Shown: in pieces, positions 1 through 9,588 of the stretch
How the letters are laid out: each line of letters starts with the position of its first letter
How positions within the stretch are numbered: the stretch's first letter is position 1
Origin: Candidatus Iainarchaeum sp.
GTDB lineage: Archaea; Iainarchaeota; Iainarchaeia; Iainarchaeales; GCA-2688035
Assembly: GCA_002688035.1 (NCBI GenBank)
Contig: NZBU01000005.1
Location: forward strand, 44,036 to 108,035
Reading direction: 5' to 3'
DNA: 64,000 bases
Notes under the pieces: model-generated
Database searches by the model: none
The model's input: the letters and a program-made list of their open reading frames with translations, nothing else
Told to the model about the DNA's origin: nothing
Program-made: the position numbers and the translations under genes

Positions 1-2
1 TT

Positions 3-866
3 GAACTCACAGACCTGAGTGTAGTATCAACCTCATCCCCCCTGGGTGGGAATGGCCTTACAATAAAGTTTGCCCAAAACATCGACATTGTGAATGCCGA
101 AGCAGAACTCTCGCTTGCAGAGTCTTCTATTGAATCAACCCCTGAAACAGCCAGGCAGCATGCTCAGAATACCGTGAACATACTAGAATCTTATGTCGAA
201 CCAGTTGAATTGGAATCCGATCCTGCAACTGCTGTGCAACAGGCCTCAGAATTATTGGTTGATGCAAAGGAATCCTTTAACAACAGGGTTCAGCAGTTAG
301 TGGTAGAGCACTTTGATTTGAAAGGAGATGTTGCCTTCCAAAAGAAAGAAGTTTCTCCAACACTTGGCAAAGCATTCTATGAAACGACCTTCAATGTAGC
401 AATCTTTGCGATGATACTTGTAGCAATAGTAATCTTCCTTTTCTTTCGAAAAGTCGTGCCAAGCCTAGCAGTAATAGCCTCTGCTTTCCTTGATGTTCTT
501 GGCGCACTTGCATTAATGGCAATATTCAGGATTCCGTTAACCCTGAGTTCTATTCCCGCACTCCTAATGCTTGTCGGTTACAGTGTTGACACAGACGTAA
601 TGCTCACAACAAAGCTCCTGCAGAGAAAAGAAGGGGTGGTGCACGAGCGAGTATATGATGCGATGATAACCGGTTTGACAATGAATGCTACAACCATTGC
701 AGCATTGTTTGCAATGCTTACCCTGTCATTCTTTGCGCAGATGCTTGTCATCTACGAGATTGCAATAGTGCTTCTCTTCGGTCTTGTTATCGACATATCT
801 TCAACCTGGTTCATGAATGCTCCTGTGCTCTTGTGGTACCTTGAAAAACAGAGGAAGAAAATATGA
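3..866 (+). CDS. secF: Protein-export membrane protein SecF (5' end outside window)
   Basis: The frame is open from the window edge. The multi-TM C-terminal half carries the SecD/F-type motif LMLVGYSVDTDVMLTTKLL. The stop overlaps (ATGA) the start of the larger SecD-like gene. Confidence 0.8.
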   Translation, partial: ELTDLSVVSTSSPLGGNGLTIKFAQNIDIVNAEAELSLAESSIESTPETARQHAQNTVNILESYVEPVELESDPATAVQQASELLVDAKESFNNRVQQLVVEHFDLKGDVAFQKKEVSPTLGKAFYETTFNVAIFAMILVAIVIFLFFRKVVPSLAVIASAFLDVLGALALMAIFRIPLTLSSIPALLMLVGYSVDTDVMLTTKLLQRKEGVVHERVYDAMITGLTMNATTIAALFAMLTLSFFAQMLVIYEIAIVLLFGLVIDISSTWFMNAPVLLWYLEKQRKKI

Positions 867-2479
867 GTGAATTACTGAGAAACATCAAGATTATCACCCT
901 TGTAGGGTTTTTGATAGCGAGCTTTCTGATTCTTGGAATCAGGGGCGCAGAATTCGGAATAGACTTCAAAGGGGGAACATTGTTCCAAATAGAGTTTGAC
1001 GAGCCAATCCTTGATTTGGAGGAGCGTGCGCGTATCACAACAACGATTTCACAGCGCTTGGATTGGACAGGACTGCGCGATACTACTGTGAACTTTTTTG
1101 GTGACGAATTTGTGATTGCGCAAATGGCAGAAACCGATCCTGAAACCATTGAAAGAATAGAATCCCTGTTGATGAAGCAGGGTCGCTTTGAAGTGGTCAT
1201 TGACGGCGAAACCATTTTCATGGGAGACGGCATAATAGACATCATAAAGGACCCGAGCAGAGGCTATAGCTTACAGCCACAAGGAGACTCTGTGATGTGG
1301 GTTCTCCCATTTGTTCTTAAGAGCGATGCGGCCGAAAGGTTCAAGGACCTTACTTGGCATCGCTGTACACTAATTGGTTATGCCCAGGACACAGGGCGCC
1401 AGTATGACTGCGATAGAACATACTTTTACATTGACAGACCAAAAGAATCCATTTTAGTGATTCCAAGGGACCAGTTTGAGTTGGACAGAATTCTTTTACT
1501 GCAGGGAAACCTCAATGAGAACATTCCACTTGAAACAGATATCGAAGAAATACTCTTGAACTCCAGCATGCCAAACTTTGTGGTAGAGCAAGACGGTTTC
1601 ACAAAGGAACAGCTTGCAGAATTACAAATAGATATTTCCACCAATCCAATTGCAATTGTTCCAACAAGCATTTTACCTTCTCAGAAGCAGGAGCTGCTCG
1701 ACATTGGTTTCGAACTCAATGAAACCTTTGTGGATGATGAAATTCCTTATATTTGGCAGGCCACTGGCCTAAAACAAGTTATTCTTCTAAGTGAGGATAT
1801 AACCAATGTTGATATTCCTGACGAACAAAAAGCCGGAACCGAAGCAATCTCAAATCTTGTGATTAGGGGATTTGCCCCAACTCTTGAGCAATCACAACAG
1901 CGCCGTGCCGACTTGGAAATACTGCTTGAAAGCGGTTCTCTGCCAGTTGGAGTAAAGAGCATTAGCAAGGAAACAATTTCTCCTCTGCTTGGAGAAAACT
2001 TCCTGTTTAACGCAGGCATAATAGGTATTCTTGCTCTCCTAGTGGTTGCAATTGTAATATTCCTGCGTTACCGCGTGTTAAAGCTTACTGCGCCAATTGT
2101 TTTCATTACCCTGAGCGAAGTTTTCATCACAATCGCAATTGTCTCCCTAATCAGCAAGTTTGATTTGGGCGCGGTAGCCGGAATAATTGCCGCAGTTGGA
2201 ACAGGAGTTGATGACCAAATAATTATTACAGACGAGCTAATGAAAGGCGCGATTTCCGGGGAAGGAAGCCTTGCAGCTAGAATCAAACGCGCATTCTTCA
2301 TGGTTATTGCGGCAGCAGCAACAACTCTTGCAACAATGCTGCCAATAATCCTAATCGGATTTGGTTTAGGAAAACTGGTTGGATTTGCAATCACAACAAG
2401 TGTTGGTGTTCTGGTCGGAGTTCTAATAACCAGGCCTGCGTTCGGCGAAATCGCAAAAGAAATAATTTCGAAGTACTGA
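863..2479 (+). CDS. secD: Protein-export membrane protein SecD
   Basis: 538 aa with an N-terminal TM, a large extracytoplasmic domain and a C-terminal TM bundle carrying GTGVDDQIIITDE. Gene order is the archaeal secF-secD arrangement. Confidence 0.8.
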   Translation: MSELLRNIKIITLVGFLIASFLILGIRGAEFGIDFKGGTLFQIEFDEPILDLEERARITTTISQRLDWTGLRDTTVNFFGDEFVIAQMAETDPETIERIESLLMKQGRFEVVIDGETIFMGDGIIDIIKDPSRGYSLQPQGDSVMWVLPFVLKSDAAERFKDLTWHRCTLIGYAQDTGRQYDCDRTYFYIDRPKESILVIPRDQFELDRILLLQGNLNENIPLETDIEEILLNSSMPNFVVEQDGFTKEQLAELQIDISTNPIAIVPTSILPSQKQELLDIGFELNETFVDDEIPYIWQATGLKQVILLSEDITNVDIPDEQKAGTEAISNLVIRGFAPTLEQSQQRRADLEILLESGSLPVGVKSISKETISPLLGENFLFNAGIIGILALLVVAIVIFLRYRVLKLTAPIVFITLSEVFITIAIVSLISKFDLGAVAGIIAAVGTGVDDQIIITDELMKGAISGEGSLAARIKRAFFMVIAAAATTLATMLPIILIGFGLGKLVGFAITTSVGVLVGVLITRPAFGEIAKEIISKY

Positions 2480-2482
2480 ATT

Positions 2483-2938
2483 TTACATTAGTTCTGAGAA
2501 ATCTTTTATTCCAATAAGCTTTTTCATGCCCAAATACCATGCCGCAAGAATCAATGCAGCTGTGCTAAACCAGCTAATTGTATGCGCGAGGTCCGCAGCA
2601 GCAGAACCAAAGTTGATTGCAACTAACAGTACAATGTAAACTCTTACAAGATTAAGGAGAAAGAGAGCTATTGCCCCTGTTGCAAATATTACAAGCTTCT
2701 TTTTCAACACCGGTTTTTTTAGGGAAAATATTATTGCGGCAAGAACGCTTGCACTCACAAGTCCTGTGCAGCTTGCGCTAACAACAAATAGTCCACCGGC
2801 AATTCCAATGACATTTCCATCTCGCGCCAATCCAAGTAAACCCGCTTCAAATCCTGCAATCGCATTTTGTAGGGGGGATAAGGGCGCGAGCATAATTATT
2901 GCTTGTAACGCCAGGTATATGGCAAAAAATTTTGTCAA
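2483..2938 (-). CDS. Exosortase/archaeosortase-family protein (minimal, 151 aa)
   Basis: Polytopic membrane protein with an ordered Cys/Arg/His triad as in archaeosortase cores: VSASCTGLV, LNLVRVY, AHTISW. Confidence 0.55.
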   Translation of the reverse strand: MTKFFAIYLALQAIIMLAPLSPLQNAIAGFEAGLLGLARDGNVIGIAGGLFVVSASCTGLVSASVLAAIIFSLKKPVLKKKLVIFATGAIALFLLNLVRVYIVLLVAINFGSAAADLAHTISWFSTAALILAAWYLGMKKLIGIKDFSELM

Positions 2939-2963
2939 AAAAACTAGTTCTTTTTTTATGCTA

Positions 2964-3494
2964 TCACCAGGGTACCTTTTTCAGCTTGGTCAGAAAAGCA
3001 ATGTTATTTGCAAAGCGATGCATCAAAAAAGTGAACACTGTTAGGAATGCAATTTGCAGTATACTTGGCACAAAAATAATTCCACCAATCACTAGTCCAC
3101 CAATCAAAAAGTCAAGTTGGTCAAGAATCAAAACGCTTTTTCCGCGTTCAATGTTTATCCTGCGCTTCAAAAAGCTTGCTGCAATATCTCCTACAACTGC
3201 TCCAACCGAGAGCAGTATTGCATATTGCACATAGTCCACAGGTAAGTATCCTGTAAGCTGCGGAATAAAAACACTTACAATAATTCCGGTAAGAGAACCA
3301 AAGAATATTCCGGCTATTGCACCCCTAATAGTTTTTCCCGGTCCAAAAATGGGTCTGTCGTCAGAAAAATTCTTGTTGAAGTCAATAGGCGTTTTTCCCC
3401 CAAATACAAGTGCAAGGCTATTGCTCAAGTAAATGGGAATAATAACCAAAATCACAACTGCGAAGAATTCAATAAGATAATCTATCATATACAA
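2964..3494 (-). CDS. carS: CDP-archaeol synthase
   Basis: 176-aa membrane protein with CarS (DUF46) motifs: GPGKTIRGAIAG, GDIAASFLKRRINIERG, LDQLDFLIGG. Confidence 0.85.
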   Translation of the reverse strand: MYMIDYLIEFFAVVILVIIPIYLSNSLALVFGGKTPIDFNKNFSDDRPIFGPGKTIRGAIAGIFFGSLTGIIVSVFIPQLTGYLPVDYVQYAILLSVGAVVGDIAASFLKRRINIERGKSVLILDQLDFLIGGLVIGGIIFVPSILQIAFLTVFTFLMHRFANNIAFLTKLKKVPW

Positions 3495-3562
3495 AGAACA
3501 AAATGGATTATTTTTTTATATGTTTGCCCCCTCTTACTTCTAGTGTTTTTGGAGATTTAACC

Positions 3563-4462
3563 ATGAAAAAACTTGTTATCGTGCTTTTTCTCGGGATAAT
3601 TGTTCTTATTGGCTTAGCAATGGTTGTTTCTTTTCTCTTCTCCTTTGATGTTTCACTACCCATGGCTTCAAGTGGCATTGCAGTAATTCCAATTAAGGGG
3701 GAAATAGTAATGGATGGTGCGGCATTCTCCGATCAAATGTCCGCAATGGAAATCGCTGATGCGATTGATCGCGCCGCATCTGATCCCTCAATTGGTGCGA
3801 TTCTCTTGGAGATTAATTCAGGTGGGGGAAGCGTTGTGGCTACAAGGCAGATTGTTGAAAAGGTTTCCAAAGCAAAAGAGAAGAAGCCTGTTGTCTCATG
3901 GGTTAGCGAGGTTGGCGCTAGCGGCGCATACTATGTTGCTGCAGCCTCAGACCATATTGTGGCAGATGCCGATAGTATAACCGGTAGCATTGGGGTAATA
4001 AGCGTTTTTCCTAATATAGAGGGCTTGCTTGAAAAGTTGGGCATAACAGTAACTGTGTTAAAAGAGGGCGAACACAAGGACATTGGTTCAATGTTCTCTG
4101 AGTTGAGTGAGGAAGATAAGGAAATAATTCAGAATCTTCTAAGTGGAGCATTTGCAAGATTTAAAGATGACATAATCAAATTTAGAGGTGACCAGCTAGA
4201 AAGAACTCGTTTTGAGCAGGTGGCTGATGGGCGAATACTCAATGGCGAGCAAGCACTTGACTTGGGCCTTATTGATGAGCTTGGCACAAGAGATGGCGCC
4301 ATTGAGGCTGTTAAAACTCTAGCCGGAATCGAGAACCCCATTTTTACAGATTATGGAAAGTCTGAGCCAACTCTGCTTGAACTATTCTCTAGTGCGGGTT
4401 ATCGCTTTGGCTTTGGTTTCAAACAAGGACTGTTTCAGGTTCCAGTAACAGTGCAGTCATAA
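3563..4462 (+). CDS. sppA: Signal peptide peptidase SppA (S49 family)
   Basis: Motifs EINSGGGSVVA, GASGAYYVAAASDHIVA, ITGSIGV. Start placed at ATG 3563, which has GGAG 8 nt upstream and gives the N-terminal TM MKKLVIVLFLG. Confidence 0.85.
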   Translation: MKKLVIVLFLGIIVLIGLAMVVSFLFSFDVSLPMASSGIAVIPIKGEIVMDGAAFSDQMSAMEIADAIDRAASDPSIGAILLEINSGGGSVVATRQIVEKVSKAKEKKPVVSWVSEVGASGAYYVAAASDHIVADADSITGSIGVISVFPNIEGLLEKLGITVTVLKEGEHKDIGSMFSELSEEDKEIIQNLLSGAFARFKDDIIKFRGDQLERTRFEQVADGRILNGEQALDLGLIDELGTRDGAIEAVKTLAGIENPIFTDYGKSEPTLLELFSSAGYRFGFGFKQGLFQVPVTVQS

Positions 4463-5131
4463 GAATAGCCAGAGTACATATGCAAGCAATGCGCCTGCAC
4501 TTGAACCCAAAAAATTAACTTCTGTGTTCCCAAATAGCTTTTTTCTCTCAAATACCGCTCCAAAGAAAGAGTCAACTGCAGAACCAAAGAAGCCTGCGAG
4601 AACCAGCACCATGAAAATGTAAAAGTTTTGGTATAGTACAAAATGTATTGTTGCAATAACAAGGGAACCAGCAAGCGCGCTCCACATTCCAAGACCGGTT
4701 ATTCCTCCATTTGTTCCAACAGGAACTTGTTCTAGAGTGGTTATGAGCACAGGTTTTGTGGGTGAAAGCATGCCTAGTTCGCTTGAGAGGGTATCAGCCA
4801 AAGCAGCGGCCATGGCTCCAAAAAATGCTATTGGATAACCAAGTAAAAGTGCTATTACAGCAACTCCACTGTTCCCAAAGATATTTCCAATAGTTCTTCT
4901 TCCGTGTGGGACAGGTTTCTTTGAGGCGGCAAATCTGGTGCCACCTTCAGCGACAATAAAGAACAATACTGCTATAAAAAAAAATTGTAGTCCGCCAAAA
5001 TAAAATATTGAAAGACCAACAACATTCGCTATTAGTACGCCAGCCCAGTCCAGAGACTTTTTTTTGACTGAGACAATTGAGAAAAAAGCAAGCGCTGTTA
5101 AGAGCAAAGCTATTTCTAAATAGTAACTCAT
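4457..5131 (-). CDS. DUF92/TMEM19-family integral membrane protein
   Basis: 224-aa polytopic protein with AAALADTLSSELG and VPVGTNGGITGLG segments typical of DUF92 (TIGR00297-like). Confidence 0.7.
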   Translation of the reverse strand: MSYYLEIALLLTALAFFSIVSVKKKSLDWAGVLIANVVGLSIFYFGGLQFFFIAVLFFIVAEGGTRFAASKKPVPHGRRTIGNIFGNSGVAVIALLLGYPIAFFGAMAAALADTLSSELGMLSPTKPVLITTLEQVPVGTNGGITGLGMWSALAGSLVIATIHFVLYQNFYIFMVLVLAGFFGSAVDSFFGAVFERKKLFGNTEVNFLGSSAGALLAYVLWLFL

Positions 5132-5132
5132 T

Positions 5133-5735
5133 TTACCCTTCCACTAACACAGTCTTTACAATTTCAACTCTTCTTAGTGGGGCAACCTTTCTAAGGTCCT
5201 TAAATAGTTTTGAGGCAAGCACGCCAAATACTATTAGCTGGATGAGTGACGAGAACTCTTTCTTCTGTGCACTATTTTCAATGTTTTCAGTAATGTGCTT
5301 TCTAATCATGGTTTCCTGTTTGCGATCAAGCTTCTTCTGTGACAATGCAATTGTTTTAACCTTGATTTTTTTGTTGTCAGCGGTATTAACGACCTGTACT
5401 GCCTCTATCTTGCTCATTCTTCGCCTAACCATTCTGTTAATGTAAATAGGATTTATCTCCTGCTTTACAATTGTCGTAAATGCCTGCTGACCCTCAATCT
5501 TGTAAACTTTGAATGTGAGGTTGATGTGTCGCTTCTGTCTCTCCCCAGTTAAATCGCCAAGATTGATTTTTATGGTTCTACCCATAACGTTCTTGTCCTT
5601 GGTAGCAGGTGTTTCTCCAACTTCCTTTCTGTCGAACTCGTTTGGCGCAAATATCTTGAACCATTTCTTTCTCTTCCACTTGTCAACGGTTCTCTTTCCG
5701 GAAGACTTCTTCTTTTTTATATTCTGTTCTACCAT
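5133..5735 (-). CDS. rps3ae: 30S ribosomal protein S3Ae (eS1)
   Basis: DKWKRKKWFKIFAPNEF signature. Start moved to ATG 5735, which is preceded by GTGATTTTT; the GTG at 5744 lies inside that SD-like element. Confidence 0.93.
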   Translation of the reverse strand: MVEQNIKKKKSSGKRTVDKWKRKKWFKIFAPNEFDRKEVGETPATKDKNVMGRTIKINLGDLTGERQKRHINLTFKVYKIEGQQAFTTIVKQEINPIYINRMVRRRMSKIEAVQVVNTADNKKIKVKTIALSQKKLDRKQETMIRKHITENIENSAQKKEFSSLIQLIVFGVLASKLFKDLRKVAPLRRVEIVKTVLVEG

Positions 5736-5747
5736 AAAAATCACTTT

Positions 5748-5870
5748 TTACTTTTTCTTAGATTCTTTGCTCACAACTTTGTCGAGTTCTCCTAAAACTT
5801 CTTCAACATTTTCTCCATCAATTGCAAAAATATTTTTTCCATTTTTATCTATCTTTGCCTCAATCTTCAT
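5748..5870 (-). CDS. Hypothetical 40-aa protein (MKIEAKIDKNGKNIFAIDGENVEEVLGELDKVVSKESKKK)
   Basis: ORF below the track cutoff that fills the S15-S3Ae gap. ATG is preceded by AGTGATTTTA, the same SD-like context as neighbouring genes. No family recognised. Confidence 0.3.
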   Translation of the reverse strand: MKIEAKIDKNGKNIFAIDGENVEEVLGELDKVVSKESKKK

Positions 5871-5875
5871 TAAAA

Positions 5876-6331
5876 TCACTTGACAAGCAATGCAGCCGTT
5901 TCCTCACTGTATCTCCAGGTTTTAGGCAGCTTGCCTGTTTTCCTGTAGTACTTTGTTAGTCGCCTGATCTTGCTTACTGTTAACTGGTAACCTCTCTTTG
6001 CAGTGAAGTCTTTTTTGTTTTTCTCCTGGTGCTTTTTGAGTGTCACGCTTTTCCTGATAAGATTCATCAAATCCTCTGGGATGTCTCCCAAAAGCTTGTT
6101 GTCCTTCAAAATATCTTCAACGCCTTTTCCCACAACAGCCTTTATATCTGGGACGCCATACTGGTCGCGTAGCATGCTTCCAATCTCTGATTGGGAGTGT
6201 CCAGCATTAGCTAGGTTAATTACGGCTTCAATTACTTCTTTGGGTTTTAACTCAACCCATGAAGGGGCCTTTTTCACAGGGGGCTTCGTGCTTTTGCTTT
6301 TTCCCTTTTTTCCAGAATGCATTCTAGCCAT
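5876..6331 (-). CDS. rps15: 30S ribosomal protein S15 (uS15/S13e)
   Basis: MARMHSGKKGKSKSTKP N-terminus and the C-terminal S15 fold segment RLTKYYRKTGKLPKTWRY. Confidence 0.95.
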   Translation of the reverse strand: MARMHSGKKGKSKSTKPPVKKAPSWVELKPKEVIEAVINLANAGHSQSEIGSMLRDQYGVPDIKAVVGKGVEDILKDNKLLGDIPEDLMNLIRKSVTLKKHQEKNKKDFTAKRGYQLTVSKIRRLTKYYRKTGKLPKTWRYSEETAALLVK

Positions 6332-6460
6332 TCAAATCAAACCTTTGCTACTTTCAAATTCCCTATAATTTCACTTCTTTGCCCATTCCGGCGCAAAAAA
6401 GAATGTCATAAATTGTAAGTAAATTGCGCTTCAAAAGGTTTAAAAAGGCTGTCCCGAGAC

Positions 6461-7072
6461 CTAATGGTACCTTGCCCGCTTCTCAATTCTTTCAATGTGC
6501 TTTACAACATCCTTGCCCTTTTGACCCATTTTGACCTCATAACCCTCGATGATTTTTTCCCAGCCTTTTGGCATCAAATCTGCGTGAGTTGCTTCAAACG
6601 TCTTTTTGAACACTAGGAGATCAACTGCCTTGTCCTCTATCTTTTTGCTGTGGCTTCCCAATCCAAAATCGATGAAAAACAGCTCTTCGTTATGTAGAAG
6701 AATGTTGCTTGTTGTGAGGTCTCCATGCACTATTTCATAGGAATGGAGCTTTGCAATGTCCTGTCCAATCCTTTTGCAAATGTTCCCAAAGTTTTTCTCA
6801 TTCAAAACATCTTTTACTCTCTCACCAGGAATTAACTCCATCACTATTTCCTTGTCTTCCTTATCAAGCTTGTATACTTGCGGTGTTTTCACTCCAAGGC
6901 TCCTTGCGTTTCCAAGTAATCTTGACTCCAAGCCTGTTCTGCTTGCCCTGATCTCATTATCAAGTTCCTTGCATCTGTAACTCTTGCTAACTCTTTTCTT
7001 CAAAAGAGAGGGCTTGCCTTCAAAATCAGTTTCATAGAGTTCTGCTTCCGCGCCACGTCTTAACAACTTCAT
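6461..7072 (-). CDS. bud32: KEOPS kinase/ATPase Bud32
   Basis: Small RIO-like kinase with GAEAELY, IVHGDLTTSNILL, FIDFGL. Start set at ATG 7072 (GGTGGGATA upstream), 10 nt after the valS stop. Confidence 0.85.
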   Translation of the reverse strand: MKLLRRGAEAELYETDFEGKPSLLKKRVSKSYRCKELDNEIRASRTGLESRLLGNARSLGVKTPQVYKLDKEDKEIVMELIPGERVKDVLNEKNFGNICKRIGQDIAKLHSYEIVHGDLTTSNILLHNEELFFIDFGLGSHSKKIEDKAVDLLVFKKTFEATHADLMPKGWEKIIEGYEVKMGQKGKDVVKHIERIEKRARYH

Positions 7073-7082
7073 TATCCCACCG

Positions 7083-9470
7083 TTAGAATTTAAGTTCAAT
7101 GGAAAGGGCCTCAGCCTTCTCAAACTTTATGTCTTCAATCTTCATAGTTTGCTTTATTGTTTCAGCCCACTCTTCAACCTTCTCTGGTTCGACAACCTTG
7201 ATCGTCGCAACTTTGACAGGGGTATTCAGAGGCCTGCCTTGTCCGCTCTTATCTTTTCTTATGGCGGCAATAATTGATATGGCTAGAAGTGCCGTTTCCT
7301 CTAACTTTGCATCAACCTTTTCCTTGTTGCCCTCCGGCCACTTTTCCAAATGAACGCTCTTCTCCTTGAAAACATCCTTGAACATCGTTTGCGCAATTTC
7401 CTCTGTAATATGAGGCACAAATGGAGCCAACAATAACAACGTGTCCTGCATAACCTTTCTCAGCACATATTGGGCTGCTTTCTTGCTCTCGTTTTCCTCA
7501 CCATAAATCCTGTGTTTCACCATTTCAATATAGTAGTCCGCGAACTCCAACCAGAAAAAGTTTCTTGTAGGATTAAGCACTTTGCTAAACTCATATTTAT
7601 CCATTGCCTTTGTCGCGCCCTGCTCCAGATTATTAAGCCTGCTTAGCATCCACTTATCCTCCGGCCAAAGCTTGAGCTTCTTCACATCAACTTTTCCAAG
7701 GTCTTTGCTTGCGCCATCAACGAACCTTGTTGCATTGAACAGTTTTGTCAAAAACTTTTTGCCTGCAACCATTTCTTTTTCTTGGAAAGGAATGTCCTCC
7801 CCGATTGTTGGCAGACCTGCCCAGTAACGCAGAACATCTGCACTATACTTATCAATCATTTCCTTTGGGGCAATAACATTTCCCAGGCTCTTTGACATCT
7901 TTTTTCCCTTGGAATCAAGCGCCCAGCCATTTACCATAATGTTTTTCCAGGGCATTTTTCCCTGGTGGAACAAAGACTTCACAATAGTGTTGAACGCCCA
8001 GAGCGCAATAATATCGTGGCCCTGTGGCCTCAGGTCCATTGGAAAAATCTTTTCAAATAACTTGGTTTTCTCAGCCCAATGTCCGTTTATTTGGGGTGTT
8101 AAACTGCTTGTAAACCAGGTGTCCAAAACATCGGTCTCAGGTTCAAATTCATTACTGCCGCACTTACATTTTCCAAGCGGCTTATCTTTTAAAGGATTCA
8201 CAGGTAACTGCTTCTCATCTGCAACAGCAACTTCGTGGCACTTCTTACAATACCAAACGGGGAAAGGAATTCCATAATAGCGCTGCCTTGAAATACACCA
8301 GTCCCACTGCAAACCTTTAACCCAGTTGTCGTAGCGCGCCTTCATGTGTTTTGGAATCCAGCGTATTGCATCAGCCTTTACAATAAACTCGTCCTTTAAC
8401 TCAAGGTACTTGACAAACCACTGTCTTGTGTGCAATATTTCCATCTCGGTCTTGCAGCGCTCGTGAACATTAACACTGTGCTTTATTGGCTTCTGTTCTT
8501 TCAATAATCCTTGTTCTTTCAAATCCTCAATAATTGCTTTTCTTGCTTCCTTTATTTTCATGCCCTTATATTTTTCGGCTTGCTCTGTCATCCGCCCGTG
8601 CTGGTCAATAGAAATAACCATTGGCAGGGAGTGAGCCATATACCACTCCATATCTGTTTGATCTCCAAAAGTACAGCACATTACAATTCCTGTTCCCTTT
8701 TCAGGATCAGCCCTAGGGTCTTTTATGACCGGAACCCAAATGTCAAACAATGGAACTTTCAGTTTTTGTCCAACCAGTTTCTCATACCTTTTATCTGTTG
8801 GATGCACAAATACTGCAACACAGCTTGACAAGAGCTCAGGTCTAGTTGTAGCAATAACAATCTCTTTTCCATCCTTGGTTTTGAAAACAATGTCGTTGAA
8901 AGTGCTCTCAACTTCTTTGTCCTCAAGCTCAGCCTGCGCAACAGCAGTTCCACAGCTTGGGCACCACATTGTAGGGGCCTCTTTTTGGTAAACTCTTTCA
9001 TGCTTGTGTAAATCTAAGAAACTGTACTGCGCGGTTTTCTGCGCAAGTTCATCAATTGTTCTGTATAAAAGATCCCAATCAAAACTAAGTCCAATTCCCC
9101 TAAAACTCTCTTCCATGGCTTTTTCCTGTCCGACTGTATGCTTTAACACAAGCTTAACAAATTCTTCCCTAGAATAATCATTCTGCCTTATCTTGAGCTT
9201 TTTCTCAACCATGAGCGCTGTCGCAAGCCCGTTGTTGTCAAAGCCCATTGGGTGAAAAACTTCAAAACCACGCATTCGCTTGTATCTAGCAATAAAATCC
9301 TGTTGTGAAAAAGCAAAGGCATGCCCCATGTGCATAATGCCACTTACAGTGGGTGGTGGGGTATCAATAGTAAAAGGAGGTTTCTTGCTCTGCTCATCAA
9401 ACTTGTAAACCTTGTCTGTTTCCCACTTCTTTTGCCATTTCTGCTCTATCTCATGCAAATCTAGCGCCAT
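7083..9470 (-). CDS. valS: Valine--tRNA ligase
   Basis: Class Ia synthetase: DTPPPTVSGIMHMGHAF (HIGH region), DVLDTWFTSSL, KMSKSLGN. The PPPxxxG context fits ValRS rather than Ile/LeuRS. Confidence 0.88.
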   Translation of the reverse strand: MALDLHEIEQKWQKKWETDKVYKFDEQSKKPPFTIDTPPPTVSGIMHMGHAFAFSQQDFIARYKRMRGFEVFHPMGFDNNGLATALMVEKKLKIRQNDYSREEFVKLVLKHTVGQEKAMEESFRGIGLSFDWDLLYRTIDELAQKTAQYSFLDLHKHERVYQKEAPTMWCPSCGTAVAQAELEDKEVESTFNDIVFKTKDGKEIVIATTRPELLSSCVAVFVHPTDKRYEKLVGQKLKVPLFDIWVPVIKDPRADPEKGTGIVMCCTFGDQTDMEWYMAHSLPMVISIDQHGRMTEQAEKYKGMKIKEARKAIIEDLKEQGLLKEQKPIKHSVNVHERCKTEMEILHTRQWFVKYLELKDEFIVKADAIRWIPKHMKARYDNWVKGLQWDWCISRQRYYGIPFPVWYCKKCHEVAVADEKQLPVNPLKDKPLGKCKCGSNEFEPETDVLDTWFTSSLTPQINGHWAEKTKLFEKIFPMDLRPQGHDIIALWAFNTIVKSLFHQGKMPWKNIMVNGWALDSKGKKMSKSLGNVIAPKEMIDKYSADVLRYWAGLPTIGEDIPFQEKEMVAGKKFLTKLFNATRFVDGASKDLGKVDVKKLKLWPEDKWMLSRLNNLEQGATKAMDKYEFSKVLNPTRNFFWLEFADYYIEMVKHRIYGEENESKKAAQYVLRKVMQDTLLLLAPFVPHITEEIAQTMFKDVFKEKSVHLEKWPEGNKEKVDAKLEETALLAISIIAAIRKDKSGQGRPLNTPVKVATIKVVEPEKVEEWAETIKQTMKIEDIKFEKAEALSIELKF

Positions 9471-9580
9471 CTAAAACATCTCCGATTCCATAGCTGTACA
9501 ATTAAAAGAAAGAGAACAAAAACCCTTAAATTCTGTAGTGTACGATATAAAACACCAAAAAAGTTGCGTTGGGAAACAAA

Positions 9581-9588
9581 TTTAAATA
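9581..9588 (+). promoter_or_regulatory. Plus-strand TATA box (TTTAAATA) with purine-rich BRE-like upstream (GAAACAAA)
   Basis: It lies in the 295-nt valS / 79-aa-ORF gap and faces a region with no ORF over 25 aa that ends in a T8 tract (9745..9752). Confidence 0.35.
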
